Origin: an uncultured Oscillospiraceae bacterium
Lineage (GTDB): Bacteria > Bacillota > Clostridia > Christensenellales > Aristaeellaceae
Direction of reading: 5' to 3'
Length of the DNA stretch: 64,000 bases
Assembly (NCBI GenBank): GCA_964640955.1
Contig: CAZXJI010000005.1
Span: 65,768 to 129,767, forward strand
Shown: positions 54,815-64,000 of the stretch, piece by piece
Numbering within the stretch: the stretch's first letter is position 1
Layout of the letters: each line of letters starts with the position of its first letter
The notes under the pieces: model-generated
Told to the model about the DNA's origin: nothing
Database searches by the model: none
What the model saw: only the letters and a program-made list of their open reading frames with translations
Position numbers and translations under genes: made by a program

Positions 54815-56173
54815 ATGAAGAAGCTCCTGGGAATCCTGCTGAGCGTCGCGCTCCTGTTCACCATGGCGACCTTCGCGACCGCGGAAGCGTCGCTGCCCAA
54901 CTTCCTCGACCTGACGGTCGGCGAGGATTACACCGACCTGAACGTCACCATCAAGTACATCACCCACCGCACCGACCTGGTTACCAGCAGCACCACCTAT
55001 CAGGATCTCTACATCGCCGAGTTCAACAAGCTCTATCCGGGCATCACCGTGGAGCTGGAAGCCGTTACCGATTTCGCGCAGGACGCGCTCGTGCGCCTGA
55101 CCGGCTCGGACGACTGGGGCGACGTGATGAACATCCCCCAGGTGGAAAACAGCGAGTTCGGCACCTACTTCCTGCCCTACGGCACGGTGGCGGACATGAG
55201 CGCCTACATCAACTTCGCCGACGCCAAGCAGTTCGACGGCCTGTGCTACGGCATCCCCACGACCGCCAACTTCCAGGGCGTGCTTTACAACAAAGCCGTC
55301 TTTGAGGCCGCCGGCGTCACCGACATTCCCCGCACCCCCGAAGCCTTCCTGGAAGCGCTTCAGAAGGTTAAAGACAACACCGACGCCATCCCGCTGTATA
55401 CCAACTACGCCGCCGGCTGGACGATGGGCGCGTGGGACTTCTACGCGGGCGTGGGCGCCACCGGCGACCCGGACTTCGTCAACATCGACATGATCTCCAT
55501 GAAGGATCCTTTCGCCGCGCGCGAGGACGGCGCGGGCCCCTACGCCGTGTACAAGATCCTCTACGACGCGACCGCGCAGGGCCTGATCGAGGACGACTAC
55601 ACCACCACCGACTGGGAAGGCTGCAAGGCGATGCTCAACAACGGCCAGATCGCCACCATGATGCTGGGCTCCTGGGCGTACGTGCAGATGCGCGATGCCG
55701 TGGGCGGCGAGCATCCCGAGGACGTGGCCTACATGCCCTTCCCGCTGACGGTGGACGGCCAGCAGTATGCGCTCTCCGCCGCGGACTACTGCTACGGCAT
55801 CAACGCCAAGACCGATACCGATCACCAGATCGCCTCCATGCTGTTCGTGAAGTTCATGGTGGAAAAGAGCGGCTTTAACGTCAACGAGGGCGGCTCTCCC
55901 GTGCTGATCGGCGAATCCTTCCCGGATTTCGCTTCCTCCTTCGAGGGCGTGACCATGCTTTCCGACACCATGGTGGACGGCGAGCAGGCGCAGCTGGTGG
56001 ACGACATCAACGCCGATTCCACGCTGATGTTCGCCAAAAGCGGCAACGAGAAGATTCAGAAGATCATCGAGCATGCGTTCAACGGCGACATGAGCTACGA
56101 CGACATCATGGCTTCCTGGAACGCGCTGTGGAGCGACGCGCAGGAAAGCCTGGGCGTGACCGTGACGGAATAA
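54815..56173 (+). CDS. extracellular sugar-binding protein (family 1 SBP)
   Basis: GGAGGG RBS. Signal peptide MKKLLGILLSVALLFTMATFATA|EA with no Cys. 452 aa. Confidence 0.85.
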   Translation: MKKLLGILLSVALLFTMATFATAEASLPNFLDLTVGEDYTDLNVTIKYITHRTDLVTSSTTYQDLYIAEFNKLYPGITVELEAVTDFAQDALVRLTGSDDWGDVMNIPQVENSEFGTYFLPYGTVADMSAYINFADAKQFDGLCYGIPTTANFQGVLYNKAVFEAAGVTDIPRTPEAFLEALQKVKDNTDAIPLYTNYAAGWTMGAWDFYAGVGATGDPDFVNIDMISMKDPFAAREDGAGPYAVYKILYDATAQGLIEDDYTTTDWEGCKAMLNNGQIATMMLGSWAYVQMRDAVGGEHPEDVAYMPFPLTVDGQQYALSAADYCYGINAKTDTDHQIASMLFVKFMVEKSGFNVNEGGSPVLIGESFPDFASSFEGVTMLSDTMVDGEQAQLVDDINADSTLMFAKSGNEKIQKIIEHAFNGDMSYDDIMASWNALWSDAQESLGVTVTE

Positions 56174-56209
56174 CCGACCCGCGAACCGACAATACGCGAT
56201 CGAAAGCAG

Positions 56210-56239
56210 AGGCCGGGGGGCTTCCCCCCGGCCTGTTTT
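56210..56239 (+). other. terminator-like stem-loop between the SBP and permease genes
   Basis: AGGCCGGGGGG-CTT-CCCCCCGGCCT followed by GTTTT. Confidence 0.6.
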
Positions 56240-56270
56240 CCCAGAACGGACCGGAAAGGAGCGGCGGGAT

Positions 56271-57260
56271 ATGAACGCAATCCATCCCCCCACGCCCGCG
56301 GACGCCCGGCGGGGCGGTTTCAGCGTATGGTTGCGCAGGCCGGCCACCCAGAAGGGCCTGGTCATCTTCACCTTCGCGGTGGTGCCGGTGTTTCTGCTGG
56401 CGATGTTCACCTATTACCCCTTCGTGAAGATGGTGCAGTACAGCTTTTTCAAGATGAGCTACACCAAGGTGCGGGGCTTCGTGGGGCTTGACAACTACCG
56501 GGACATCTTCAGCAAGCCGGAGCTGCTGGCCACCTTCCGCATCAGCCTCTACTACATGGCGGGGGCGATCGTGCAGATCGCGCTGGCGCTGTACTTCGCC
56601 ACGGTGCTGAGCTTCAAGACCCGGGGCAAGGGGTTTTACAAGGGCGCGATGTTCTTTCCCTACCTCATCAACGGCATCGCCATCGGCTTCATTTTCAAAT
56701 ACTTCTATACCCGCGGCTATGTGCTGGACTCCGTTTTGGGCCTTTTCGGCATTCCGCTGGACAGCCTGCCCTACTGGCTGCGCGACCAGAGCATCAACAA
56801 CTGGTCGCTGGTGGGGACGTCCGTGTGGAAATACATGGGGCAGAACATGGTGCTCTTTTCCGGCGCGATTATGAGCGTCGACCCGAATTTGTACGAAGCC
56901 GCCGCCATCGACGGTGCGAATAAATGGCATCAGTTCAAAAACATCATCCTGCCGAGCATCTCCACGGTGCTGGTGCTCAACGTGATCCTTTCCATCACGG
57001 GCTCGCTGAGCGCGTTCGAGCCGCCCTACGTCATCACCTCCATGGGGGGCAACGGCACGGCGACCTATTTCATCAAAATGCACGAAACGGCGCACACCCT
57101 GCACAAGGTCGGGCTCGCCTCGGCCATGGCGGTGGTGCTGATCCTCATCATCATCCTGGTGACGGTCGTGCAGAAGCTGCTGTTCAAGTACGCTTTCCGC
57201 GACGCGAACACCGACGGCGTGGGCCGTTCGGCCGCGCGCGCGGCCAGGGAGGCGAAATAG
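56271..57260 (+). CDS. sugar ABC transporter permease (MalF/UgpA type)
   Basis: EAA loop EAAAIDGANKWHQFKNIILPSI; 6 TM segments. Confidence 0.87.
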   Translation: MNAIHPPTPADARRGGFSVWLRRPATQKGLVIFTFAVVPVFLLAMFTYYPFVKMVQYSFFKMSYTKVRGFVGLDNYRDIFSKPELLATFRISLYYMAGAIVQIALALYFATVLSFKTRGKGFYKGAMFFPYLINGIAIGFIFKYFYTRGYVLDSVLGLFGIPLDSLPYWLRDQSINNWSLVGTSVWKYMGQNMVLFSGAIMSVDPNLYEAAAIDGANKWHQFKNIILPSISTVLVLNVILSITGSLSAFEPPYVITSMGGNGTATYFIKMHETAHTLHKVGLASAMAVVLILIIILVTVVQKLLFKYAFRDANTDGVGRSAARAAREAK

Positions 57261-57261
57261 G

Positions 57262-58110
57262 ATGGGTGTGGAACGGTCGTTTAAGGATTACGTGCTGAAG
57301 TTCTTCAAGCACCTTTCCCTTCTGTTCATGTCGCTTACGTGCATCCTGCCGGTGGCCTCCTGCGTGATTGGCGCGTTCAAAACCAAGGAGGAGTTCGCCA
57401 CCTCCAGCAAGATCGCCTTTCCGCAGAACTGGGCGAACCTGGACAACTTCGTCAAGTTCTGGAACGAAAGCGGCATCGGGCAGGGCTTCGCGACGTCGCT
57501 ATTGGTGATGCTGGTGACCATCACGCTTTCGGTGATGATGGGCGCGATGCTGGCCTACGTCCTCAACCGCTTCCGCTTTCCCGGCAACCACCTGATTCGC
57601 AACGCCTTCCTGCTGGCGGCGCTCGTGCCGACCATCACCATGCAGGTGACCATCTACAAGCTGATGATCACCTTAAAGCTGGTGGATACGCTGGTCGGCT
57701 ACATCATCCTGCAGACGGGGACGGACGTCATCTCCATCTACATTCTTTTGCAGTATTTCGAAAATCTGTCCATATCGCTGGACGAATCGGCGATCCTGGA
57801 AGGGTGCACGTATTACGGCGTGTTTTTCAAAATCCTGCTGCCCCTGCTCAAGCCCGCGGTGGTCACCTGCATGATCCTCAAGGGCGTGATGATCTACAAC
57901 GAGTATTACAACGCCAACCTGTACCTGCAAAGCAAGGACAAGTACAAGACCGTTTCCACCGCGCTGTACGTGTACCTGGGCCCCACCAAGAGCCAGTACG
58001 AAATGATCTGCGCGGGCGTGCTCATCTGCATCGTGCCGATCCTGCTGATTTTTCTGGTGTTCCAGCGGGAAGTGTACAGCGGCATGACCAACGGCGCGGT
58101 GAAGGGGTAG
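57262..58110 (+). CDS. sugar ABC transporter permease (MalG/UgpE type)
   Basis: EAA loop ESAILEGCTYYGVFFKILLPLL. Starts 1 nt after the upstream stop. Confidence 0.87.
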   Translation: MGVERSFKDYVLKFFKHLSLLFMSLTCILPVASCVIGAFKTKEEFATSSKIAFPQNWANLDNFVKFWNESGIGQGFATSLLVMLVTITLSVMMGAMLAYVLNRFRFPGNHLIRNAFLLAALVPTITMQVTIYKLMITLKLVDTLVGYIILQTGTDVISIYILLQYFENLSISLDESAILEGCTYYGVFFKILLPLLKPAVVTCMILKGVMIYNEYYNANLYLQSKDKYKTVSTALYVYLGPTKSQYEMICAGVLICIVPILLIFLVFQREVYSGMTNGAVKG

Positions 58111-58135
58111 GCGGCCCCGGAGGCGGAAAGGACGG

Positions 58136-59317
58136 ATGCGGATGGACCTGAAACGGGAAGCGCGGGCGCATTTGGAGCAGAAGCTGATCCCCTTCTGGCA
58201 GGCGCTGCGCGACGGGGAGAACGGCGGATATTACGGCCGGGTGGACTTCGACCTGACGGTCGACCCCCGGGCGCCCAAGGGATGCATCCTGAACAGCCGC
58301 ATCCTGTGGTTTTTCGCCCGCGCCTACGAGCTGCTCGGCGACCGGGAGCTGCTGAACTGCGCGCGGCACGCCTACGATTTTCTCGCCCGCTTCCGCGACG
58401 GGGAAAACGGCGGGCTGTACTGGTCGGTCGCCTTCGACGGAACGCCGCTGGACACGCAGAAGCACACCTACGCCCAGGCGTTCGCCATCTACGGCCTCGC
58501 CGCCTACGCGTCGGCCTCGGGGGACGAACGGGCGCTTGCGGAGGCGACGGCACTTTACGAGCTGATCGAAACCCGCATGCGGGACGAGAACGGCTATCTG
58601 GAAGCGTTCGACCGCGCGTTTCGGCCGTTTACCAACGCGAAGCTCAGCGACAACCCCAAGCTGACCGCCCGCGGGGTGATCGCCGAAAAGACGATGAACA
58701 CGCTTCTACACGTACTGGAAGCGTACACCCTGCTCTACCGGGTCGGGCGGGACGCACGCGTGCTGGCGAGCCTGCGCGCGCTCTTGCTGACGCTTATGCA
58801 AATGGTGTATAATCGGGAAGCAAACCGGCTGGAAGTCTTTTTCGACGCGCGGATGCGCTCGATTTTCGACATGCAGAGCTACGGGCACGATATCGAAGCC
58901 TCCTGGTTGATCGACCTGGCGGCGCAAACGGCCCGGAACCCCGCCGAGCGCGCCCACACGGAAGCGGTCACCACGGCGCTGGCCGAGGGCGTCATGGAGC
59001 GCGCCTGGCGGGAGCACAGCCTGCTCAATGAGCGCACGGAGGGCGAGGACGACGGGACCCGCGTGTGGTGGGTGCAGGCGGAGACGATGGTGGGGCTTTG
59101 CAACCTGTGGCAAAAAACGGGCGACGCCCGCTGGCGGAGCGCCATGGAGGACACGTGGGCGTTCATCATGGCCCGGCTGGTCGACCCCCGCGAGGGCGGC
59201 GAGTGGTACTGGTGCCTCACCCCGGGCGGGGAGGTGTGCGCGCGGCCGATCGTGGAGCCGTGGAAATGCCCTTATCACAACGGGCGCATGTGCATGGAAC
59301 TGATGACGCGCCTCTGA
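58136..59317 (+). CDS. N-acylglucosamine 2-epimerase (AGE) superfamily; probable cellobiose/mannobiose 2-epimerase
   Basis: LIPFWQALRDGENGGYYG, RILWFFARAY, KHTYAQAFAIYGL, EKTMNTLLHVLEAY and CPYHNGRMCME patterns of the (alpha/alpha)6 AGE fold. Sits next to GH130 genes. Confidence 0.8.
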   Translation: MRMDLKREARAHLEQKLIPFWQALRDGENGGYYGRVDFDLTVDPRAPKGCILNSRILWFFARAYELLGDRELLNCARHAYDFLARFRDGENGGLYWSVAFDGTPLDTQKHTYAQAFAIYGLAAYASASGDERALAEATALYELIETRMRDENGYLEAFDRAFRPFTNAKLSDNPKLTARGVIAEKTMNTLLHVLEAYTLLYRVGRDARVLASLRALLLTLMQMVYNREANRLEVFFDARMRSIFDMQSYGHDIEASWLIDLAAQTARNPAERAHTEAVTTALAEGVMERAWREHSLLNERTEGEDDGTRVWWVQAETMVGLCNLWQKTGDARWRSAMEDTWAFIMARLVDPREGGEWYWCLTPGGEVCARPIVEPWKCPYHNGRMCMELMTRL

Positions 59318-59343
59318 CGGGCGCATGGGAGGGAACGGAGCGG

Positions 59344-61011
59344 ATGACGGCTCAGAAACGGGCGGCCGAGTGGGCGACGCTTGCGCGCTTCGACGCGGAG
59401 ACGCGCGCCGAGGCGGCGCGGATTGCAAACGACCCGGAGGAACTGGCCCGCGCCTTTGGAAGCGAGCTTTCCTTCGGCACCGGCGGGCTGCGCGGGGTGC
59501 TGGGAACGGGCACCAACCGCATGAACGCCTATACCGTCGCGCGGGCGACGGCGGGGCTCGCGGATACGCTGCGCGCGCGGGGCGGCCGGAGCGTCGCCAT
59601 TTCGTACGATTCACGCCACGGCTCCGCGGCCTTCGCGGGGATCGCGGCGGGGACGCTGGCGGCCTGCGGCCTGCGGGCCTACCTGTTCGACCGGCTCATG
59701 CCCACGCCCGTGCTCTCCTTCGCGACGCGGACGCTTCGCGCGGACGCGGGGGTAATGATCACCGCCAGCCACAACCCCGCCGAATACAACGGCTACAAGG
59801 TATACGGCGCGGACGGCTGCCAGATTACCGACGCGGCGGCGGAGGAGATTACCGCGGCGATCGAAAAGCGGGACTACGCCGGGCTTTCGTGGCTTTCCGA
59901 GGCCGAGGCGCGCGCGGCGGGCCTGCTTGCGGACGTGCCCGCTTCGGTGACGGAAGCATACCTGCAAAAGACGCTCGCCTGCCGGGTGCACCCGGACGCC
60001 TGCGCGCCGGTCACGGTGTGCTACACCCCGCTCAACGGCGCGGGCCTTGTGCCGGTGCGCGAGGCGCTTGGGTCGATGCGCGGCGTAACCGTGGCCGTCG
60101 TGGAAGCGCAGGCCGCGCCGGACGGGGACTTTCCCACCTGCCCCAAGCCCAATCCGGAACTGCTGCCCACGCTGGCGCTGGCCATTCGTACGGCAAAGGA
60201 GGCCGGCGCCGATCTGGTGATCGCCACCGACCCGGACAGCGACCGCATCGGCGTGGCCGTGCGGGACGACCGGGGGGAGTTCGTCCGCCTGACGGGCAAC
60301 GAGGTGGGCCTGCTGCTTCTCGAATCCATCCTCAAGGCCCGGCGGGACGCGGGCACATTGCCCGCGTCGCCCGAAGTGGTCAAGACCATCGTGACCAGCG
60401 ACCTGGCGTTCTCCGTCGCGGCGGCGTACGGCGCTGTGGTCAGGGAAACGCTGACCGGCTTCAAGTATATCGGCGAGGAGATCGGCCGGCTGGAGAAGCG
60501 GGGCGAGGCGGGGCGCTTCGTGTTCGGCTTTGAGGAGAGCTGCGGATATCTGTGCGGCACGCACGTGCGCGACAAGGACGGCGTGCTGGCGGCGGTGCTG
60601 GTATGCGAGTTGGCGCAGGCGGCCGCGGCGGAGGGCCGCACGCTGCTCGACCTGCTGAACGATCTGTACGCGCGCTTCGGGCGGCTGGAAACGCGGCTGC
60701 TCAGTTTCGACCTGACCGGGACCGACCCCATGGCAGACATGCGCCGGTCCATGGAAAAGCTGCGCGCGGTTCCGCCCGAGACCCTCGCGGGCGCGCCCGT
60801 GACCGGGCGCAAGGACTACCGACCGGGCCTGGACGGCCTGCCGCCCGCGGACGTGCTGACCTTCGCGTGTGAACGGGGCAAGGCGATCGTGCGGCCGTCG
60901 GGCACGGAGCCCAAGGTGAAGGTCTATCTGTCCGCGCCGGGCCGGACGGCCGCGCAGGCCGAGGAGGCGCTCGACGCCATGGAGGCGGACGCGCGCGGCT
61001 GGCTTGCGTAA
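59344..61011 (+). CDS. phosphoglucomutase/phosphomannomutase family protein
   Basis: Internal ATG (MTAQKRAAEW...). FGTGGLRG; active-site Ser loop ITASHNPAEYNGYK; Mg loop ATDPDSDR; sugar loop GFEESCGY. Confidence 0.9.
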   Translation: MTAQKRAAEWATLARFDAETRAEAARIANDPEELARAFGSELSFGTGGLRGVLGTGTNRMNAYTVARATAGLADTLRARGGRSVAISYDSRHGSAAFAGIAAGTLAACGLRAYLFDRLMPTPVLSFATRTLRADAGVMITASHNPAEYNGYKVYGADGCQITDAAAEEITAAIEKRDYAGLSWLSEAEARAAGLLADVPASVTEAYLQKTLACRVHPDACAPVTVCYTPLNGAGLVPVREALGSMRGVTVAVVEAQAAPDGDFPTCPKPNPELLPTLALAIRTAKEAGADLVIATDPDSDRIGVAVRDDRGEFVRLTGNEVGLLLLESILKARRDAGTLPASPEVVKTIVTSDLAFSVAAAYGAVVRETLTGFKYIGEEIGRLEKRGEAGRFVFGFEESCGYLCGTHVRDKDGVLAAVLVCELAQAAAAEGRTLLDLLNDLYARFGRLETRLLSFDLTGTDPMADMRRSMEKLRAVPPETLAGAPVTGRKDYRPGLDGLPPADVLTFACERGKAIVRPSGTEPKVKVYLSAPGRTAAQAEEALDAMEADARGWLA

Positions 61012-61050
61012 CCGCGGGGACATCCCCAGTTCAGCAACGGAGAGTGCGGC

Positions 61051-62082
61051 ATGAAACAAAACGTCAACATGAGGGCCATCGGGCGAGCGCTGGGCGTAAG
61101 CGCCGTAACGGTCAGCAAGGCGCTTGCGGGCCGCAGCGGCGTAAGCGAAGCCGTGCGGGAGCGCATCGTGCGCAAGGCGCAGGAGATGGGCTACCGCTAC
61201 GATCTGGTTGCCAAGGCCCCGCGGGAAAGCCGGGGGGACGTGGGTATCCTGATCGCCGACCACTTCCTGGGACAGGGCAACAGCTTTTATGCGTCGCTGT
61301 GCAAAAAGCTGGTGCAACAGCTGGGCGAGCGCAGCTGCTACGGGGTGCTGAGCATCCTCAGCGAGGAGGAGGAGCTGACCGGCGGCTACCCGGATATTCT
61401 GGGCGGCGGCCGGGTGAACGGGCTGGTGATTCTGGGGCAGGTGCACCGGGATTATATCCGCATGCTCGAATCGGTGGGAACGAACGTCCCCTATATTTTC
61501 ATGGATTTTTACGACGAGCGCGCCAACGCCGACGCGGTCGTCAGCGACGGTCTCTACGGCGGTTACCGGCTGGCCAGCCACCTGATCCACATGGGGCATA
61601 CGCGCATCGGCTTCGTGGGCTCCATCAGGGCGACCAGCTCCATTATGGACCGCTATCTGGGCTACTACCGCAGCATGCTCCAGCATGACCTGCCCATCGC
61701 GCCCGAGTGGATCGTCCCCGACCGCGACGAGCACGGCGTGTATAAGGAATTCCCGCTGCCCGATCCGCTGCCCACGGCCTTCGTGTGCAACTGCGACCAG
61801 CTTGCCACCCGGTTCATCCACAGGCTGGAGGGCATGGGGATCGGCGTGCCGGGGGATGTGTCGGTCGTCGGCTTCGACGACTTCGTGGATACGCCTCCCG
61901 GCAAGCCCGCGCTCACCACCTTCGCCGTGGATCAGGACGCGCTGGCCCGCGAGGCGGCGGAGATGATCATTCAGAAGATGCAGGGACGCGGCGAGCGCAT
62001 GGGCCGCGTGGTGACGGGCGGGCACATGGTCTACCGCGACAGCGTGCGCGACCTGCGCCCCGCGGACGCCCGGGACGAATAG
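61051..62082 (+). CDS. LacI-family transcriptional regulator
   Basis: HTH region MRAIGRALGVSAVTVSKALAGRSGVSEAVRERIVRKAQEMGY plus a sugar-binding core. Confidence 0.88.
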   Translation: MKQNVNMRAIGRALGVSAVTVSKALAGRSGVSEAVRERIVRKAQEMGYRYDLVAKAPRESRGDVGILIADHFLGQGNSFYASLCKKLVQQLGERSCYGVLSILSEEEELTGGYPDILGGGRVNGLVILGQVHRDYIRMLESVGTNVPYIFMDFYDERANADAVVSDGLYGGYRLASHLIHMGHTRIGFVGSIRATSSIMDRYLGYYRSMLQHDLPIAPEWIVPDRDEHGVYKEFPLPDPLPTAFVCNCDQLATRFIHRLEGMGIGVPGDVSVVGFDDFVDTPPGKPALTTFAVDQDALAREAAEMIIQKMQGRGERMGRVVTGGHMVYRDSVRDLRPADARDE

Positions 62083-62131
62083 CCGCGGCGGGCCTTCGGG
62101 CTTCGCCGGGGAACGACGAAGGAGAACGACC

Positions 62132-63163
62132 ATGAACCGACCGGTCACCCTCACGGCGGGCGGCAGCCTGCCCGGCATCCCTTGGGAAGAACGCCCCGCC
62201 GGCGACCCACACGACGCGCCGCTGTGGCGCAGCAGCCGAAACCCGATCATCGGCCGTAACCCCGCGCCCGGCGTGGCCCGGGTGTTCAACAGCGCGGTCG
62301 CGCCCTGGGGAGACGGGTATGTCGCCGTGCTGCGCGGCGAACAGACGGACGGCGTGCCGCAGATCTATCTGGGTCGAAGCGCCGACGGCGTGCGCTGGGC
62401 CATCGACCCGGCGCCGATCCCCTTTACGGACGAGAACGGCGCGCCCTTTATGCCGGGCTACGCCTACGACCCCCGGCTGGTGAAGGTGGAAGACACCTAC
62501 TACATCCTCTGGTGCACCGATTTTTACGGCGCGGCCATCGGGGCGGCGAAAACCGCGGATTTCAAAACCTTCACCCGCGTGGAGAACCCCTTTCTCCCCT
62601 TCAACCGCAACGCCGTGCTCTTTCCCCGCAGAATCGGCGGCACGTACCGGCTGCTGAGCCGCCCCAGCGACGGTGGGCACACGCCCTTCGGGGACATTTT
62701 CGTATCCGAAAGCCCGGATATGGTTCACTGGGGCAAGCACCGCCACGTGATGGGCAAGGGCTCCGCCTGGTGGGAAAGCGTGAAGATCGGTGGCGGCGCG
62801 GCCCCCATCGAGACCAGCGAGGGATGGCTTTTGTTCTACCACGGAGTCGCCGGCACGTGCAACGGCTTTGTGTACTCCATCGGCGGGGCGATACTGGACC
62901 GGGACGAGCCCAGCCGCGTATTGTACCGCTGCCGTACCTTTCTGCTGACCCCGGAGGAGGCGTACGAGGAGCGGGGCTTCGTGCCCAACGTGTGCTTCCC
63001 CTGCGCCACCCTGCAGGACGCGGACACGGGCCGCATCGCGCTGTACTACGGCGCGGCGGACACCTGCGTATGTCTGGCCTTCACCACCGTGCAACTGGCG
63101 GTGGACTACATCAAAACCCACAGCGCGCTGACCCCCGCCGATACCGAGTCGGGCGTGCGCTGA
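62132..63163 (+). CDS. GH130 beta-mannoside phosphorylase (mannooligosaccharide-phosphorylase-like)
   Basis: 343 aa. FNSAV...[40 protein letters not shown] and [11 protein letters not shown] five-bladed-propeller motifs of GH130. Confidence 0.85.
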   Translation: MNRPVTLTAGGSLPGIPWEERPAGDPHDAPLWRSSRNPIIGRNPAPGVARVFNSAVAPWGDGYVAVLRGEQTDGVPQIYLGRSADGVRWAIDPAPIPFTDENGAPFMPGYAYDPRLVKVEDTYYILWCTDFYGAAIGAAKTADFKTFTRVENPFLPFNRNAVLFPRRIGGTYRLLSRPSDGGHTPFGDIFVSESPDMVHWGKHRHVMGKGSAWWESVKIGGGAAPIETSEGWLLFYHGVAGTCNGFVYSIGGAILDRDEPSRVLYRCRTFLLTPEEAYEERGFVPNVCFPCATLQDADTGRIALYYGAADTCVCLAFTTVQLAVDYIKTHSALTPADTESGVR

Positions 63164-63186
63164 GCCGAAGGAGAACCGTAAACGGC

Positions 63187-64000
63187 ATGAAAACCAAAAC
63201 CTTTACCGAGCTGACGGCCGAGTACGAGGCGCTCGTGACGCGCCCCAACGAGGTCAACCCCCGGTTTTACAACGGACTGCTGGAACGCTACCGCTACCCC
63301 GTGCTCACCCGCGAGCACACGCCCCCCTTCTGGATGTACGACCTGAGCCCCGTAACCAACCCCTACGGCATGAAGCGCCTGGACGTGAACGGCGCCTTCA
63401 ACAGCGGCGCGCTGTACCTGAACGGCCGGTACTACCTCGTCGCGCGCGTGGAAGGCGCCGATCGCAAGAGCTTCTTTGCCGTGGCGGAGAGCGGAAGCCC
63501 GACCGAGGGCTTCCGCTACTGGGATTATCCCGTGCGTCTGCCCGACGGCGACGCGGTGGAAACCAACGTGTACGACATGCGCCTCACCCTCCACGAGGAC
63601 GGGTGGATATACGGCGTGTTCTGCTCCGAAAGCAAGGACCCGGCCGATCCCGACCCCACGGCGGCGGTCGCGGCGGCGGGCATCGTGCGCACGCGCGACC
63701 TCAAAACCTGGGAGCGGCTGCCCAACCTCGTTACCTTGCGCTCGCCCCAGCAGCGCAACGTGGTGCTGCACCCGGAGTTCATCCGCGGCCGGTACGCCTT
63801 CTACACCCGGCCGATGGACGGCTTTATTCAAACGGGCTCCGGCGGCGGCATCGGCTTCGGGCTGTGCGACGACGTCACCCGGGCGGTGATCGACGAGGAG
63901 AAGATCATCTCCCCGCGCCGCTACCATACCGTGACCGAGGCGAAAAACGGCGCGGGCGCCGTGCCCATCAAAACGCCCCGCGGGTGGATACACATCGCGC
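63187..64000 (+). CDS. GH130 phosphorylase, 4-O-beta-D-mannosyl-D-glucose-phosphorylase-like (3' truncated by the window edge)
   Basis: Not in the ORF track because no stop is reached. My own translation from ATG 63187 reads [23 protein letters not shown]...[21 protein letters not shown]...[18 protein letters not shown]...NVVLHPEF...PRGWIHIA, open to the end of the window. Confidence 0.8.
   Translation, partial: MKTKTFTELTAEYEALVTRPNEVNPRFYNGLLERYRYPVLTREHTPPFWMYDLSPVTNPYGMKRLDVNGAFNSGALYLNGRYYLVARVEGADRKSFFAVAESGSPTEGFRYWDYPVRLPDGDAVETNVYDMRLTLHEDGWIYGVFCSESKDPADPDPTAAVAAAGIVRTRDLKTWERLPNLVTLRSPQQRNVVLHPEFIRGRYAFYTRPMDGFIQTGSGGGIGFGLCDDVTRAVIDEEKIISPRRYHTVTEAKNGAGAVPIKTPRGWIHIA

Noticed and set aside
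59611-62289. 892-aa minus-strand ORF opposite the phosphomannomutase and LacI genes.
   Set aside because: Shadow ORF of GC-rich coding sequence with no recognisable domain.

Overview
GC-rich, densely coding chromosomal segment that looks like a Clostridia-type Firmicute. This is an inference from GGAGG-type RBSs, a T-box leader, a BceRSAB-like module and YlbF-MltG-U32 synteny. I support about 58 protein genes and found no rRNA, tRNA, CRISPR array or recognisable transposase or integrase. Left to right: rpsT; a GNAT; a GyrB/ParE plus GyrA/ParC-type topoisomerase pair; an uncharacterised polytopic membrane protein; a BceRSAB-like peptide-antibiotic resistance module; mscL; an oppBCDFA oligopeptide transporter; a flavin-reductase-like protein; rlmI; a four-gene minus-strand operon (YugP-like Zn peptidase, nuclease-helicase fusion, TraB/GumN, GNAT); a second two-component system next to a secreted ferritin-like repeat protein; a tautomerase and a LarA-family racemase; a Trp-specifier T-box controlling an ABC importer; a secreted Cys/His repeat protein; an arabinofuranoside locus (GH127, LacI, sugar ABC, GH51); ylbF-mltG-U32; pyrG; a PII-like gene coupled to a CPA2 antiporter; a four-gene phosphonate cassette; and a mannan/mannobiose locus (sugar ABC, 2-epimerase, phosphomannomutase, LacI, two GH130 phosphorylases, the last truncated by the window edge). 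The most interesting item is the phosphonate cassette at 50.1-54.5 kb. It resembles Fom2/Fom1/FomC, carries an extra nucleotidyltransferase, and has no tailoring or transferase genes nearby. Other leads are the PD-(D/E)xK-XPD/DinG helicase fusion and its operon, the PII-like/antiporter pair, the structured intergenic element at 18.6-18.8 kb, and several domain oddities. All function calls rest on motif recognition by eye; no database search was run.
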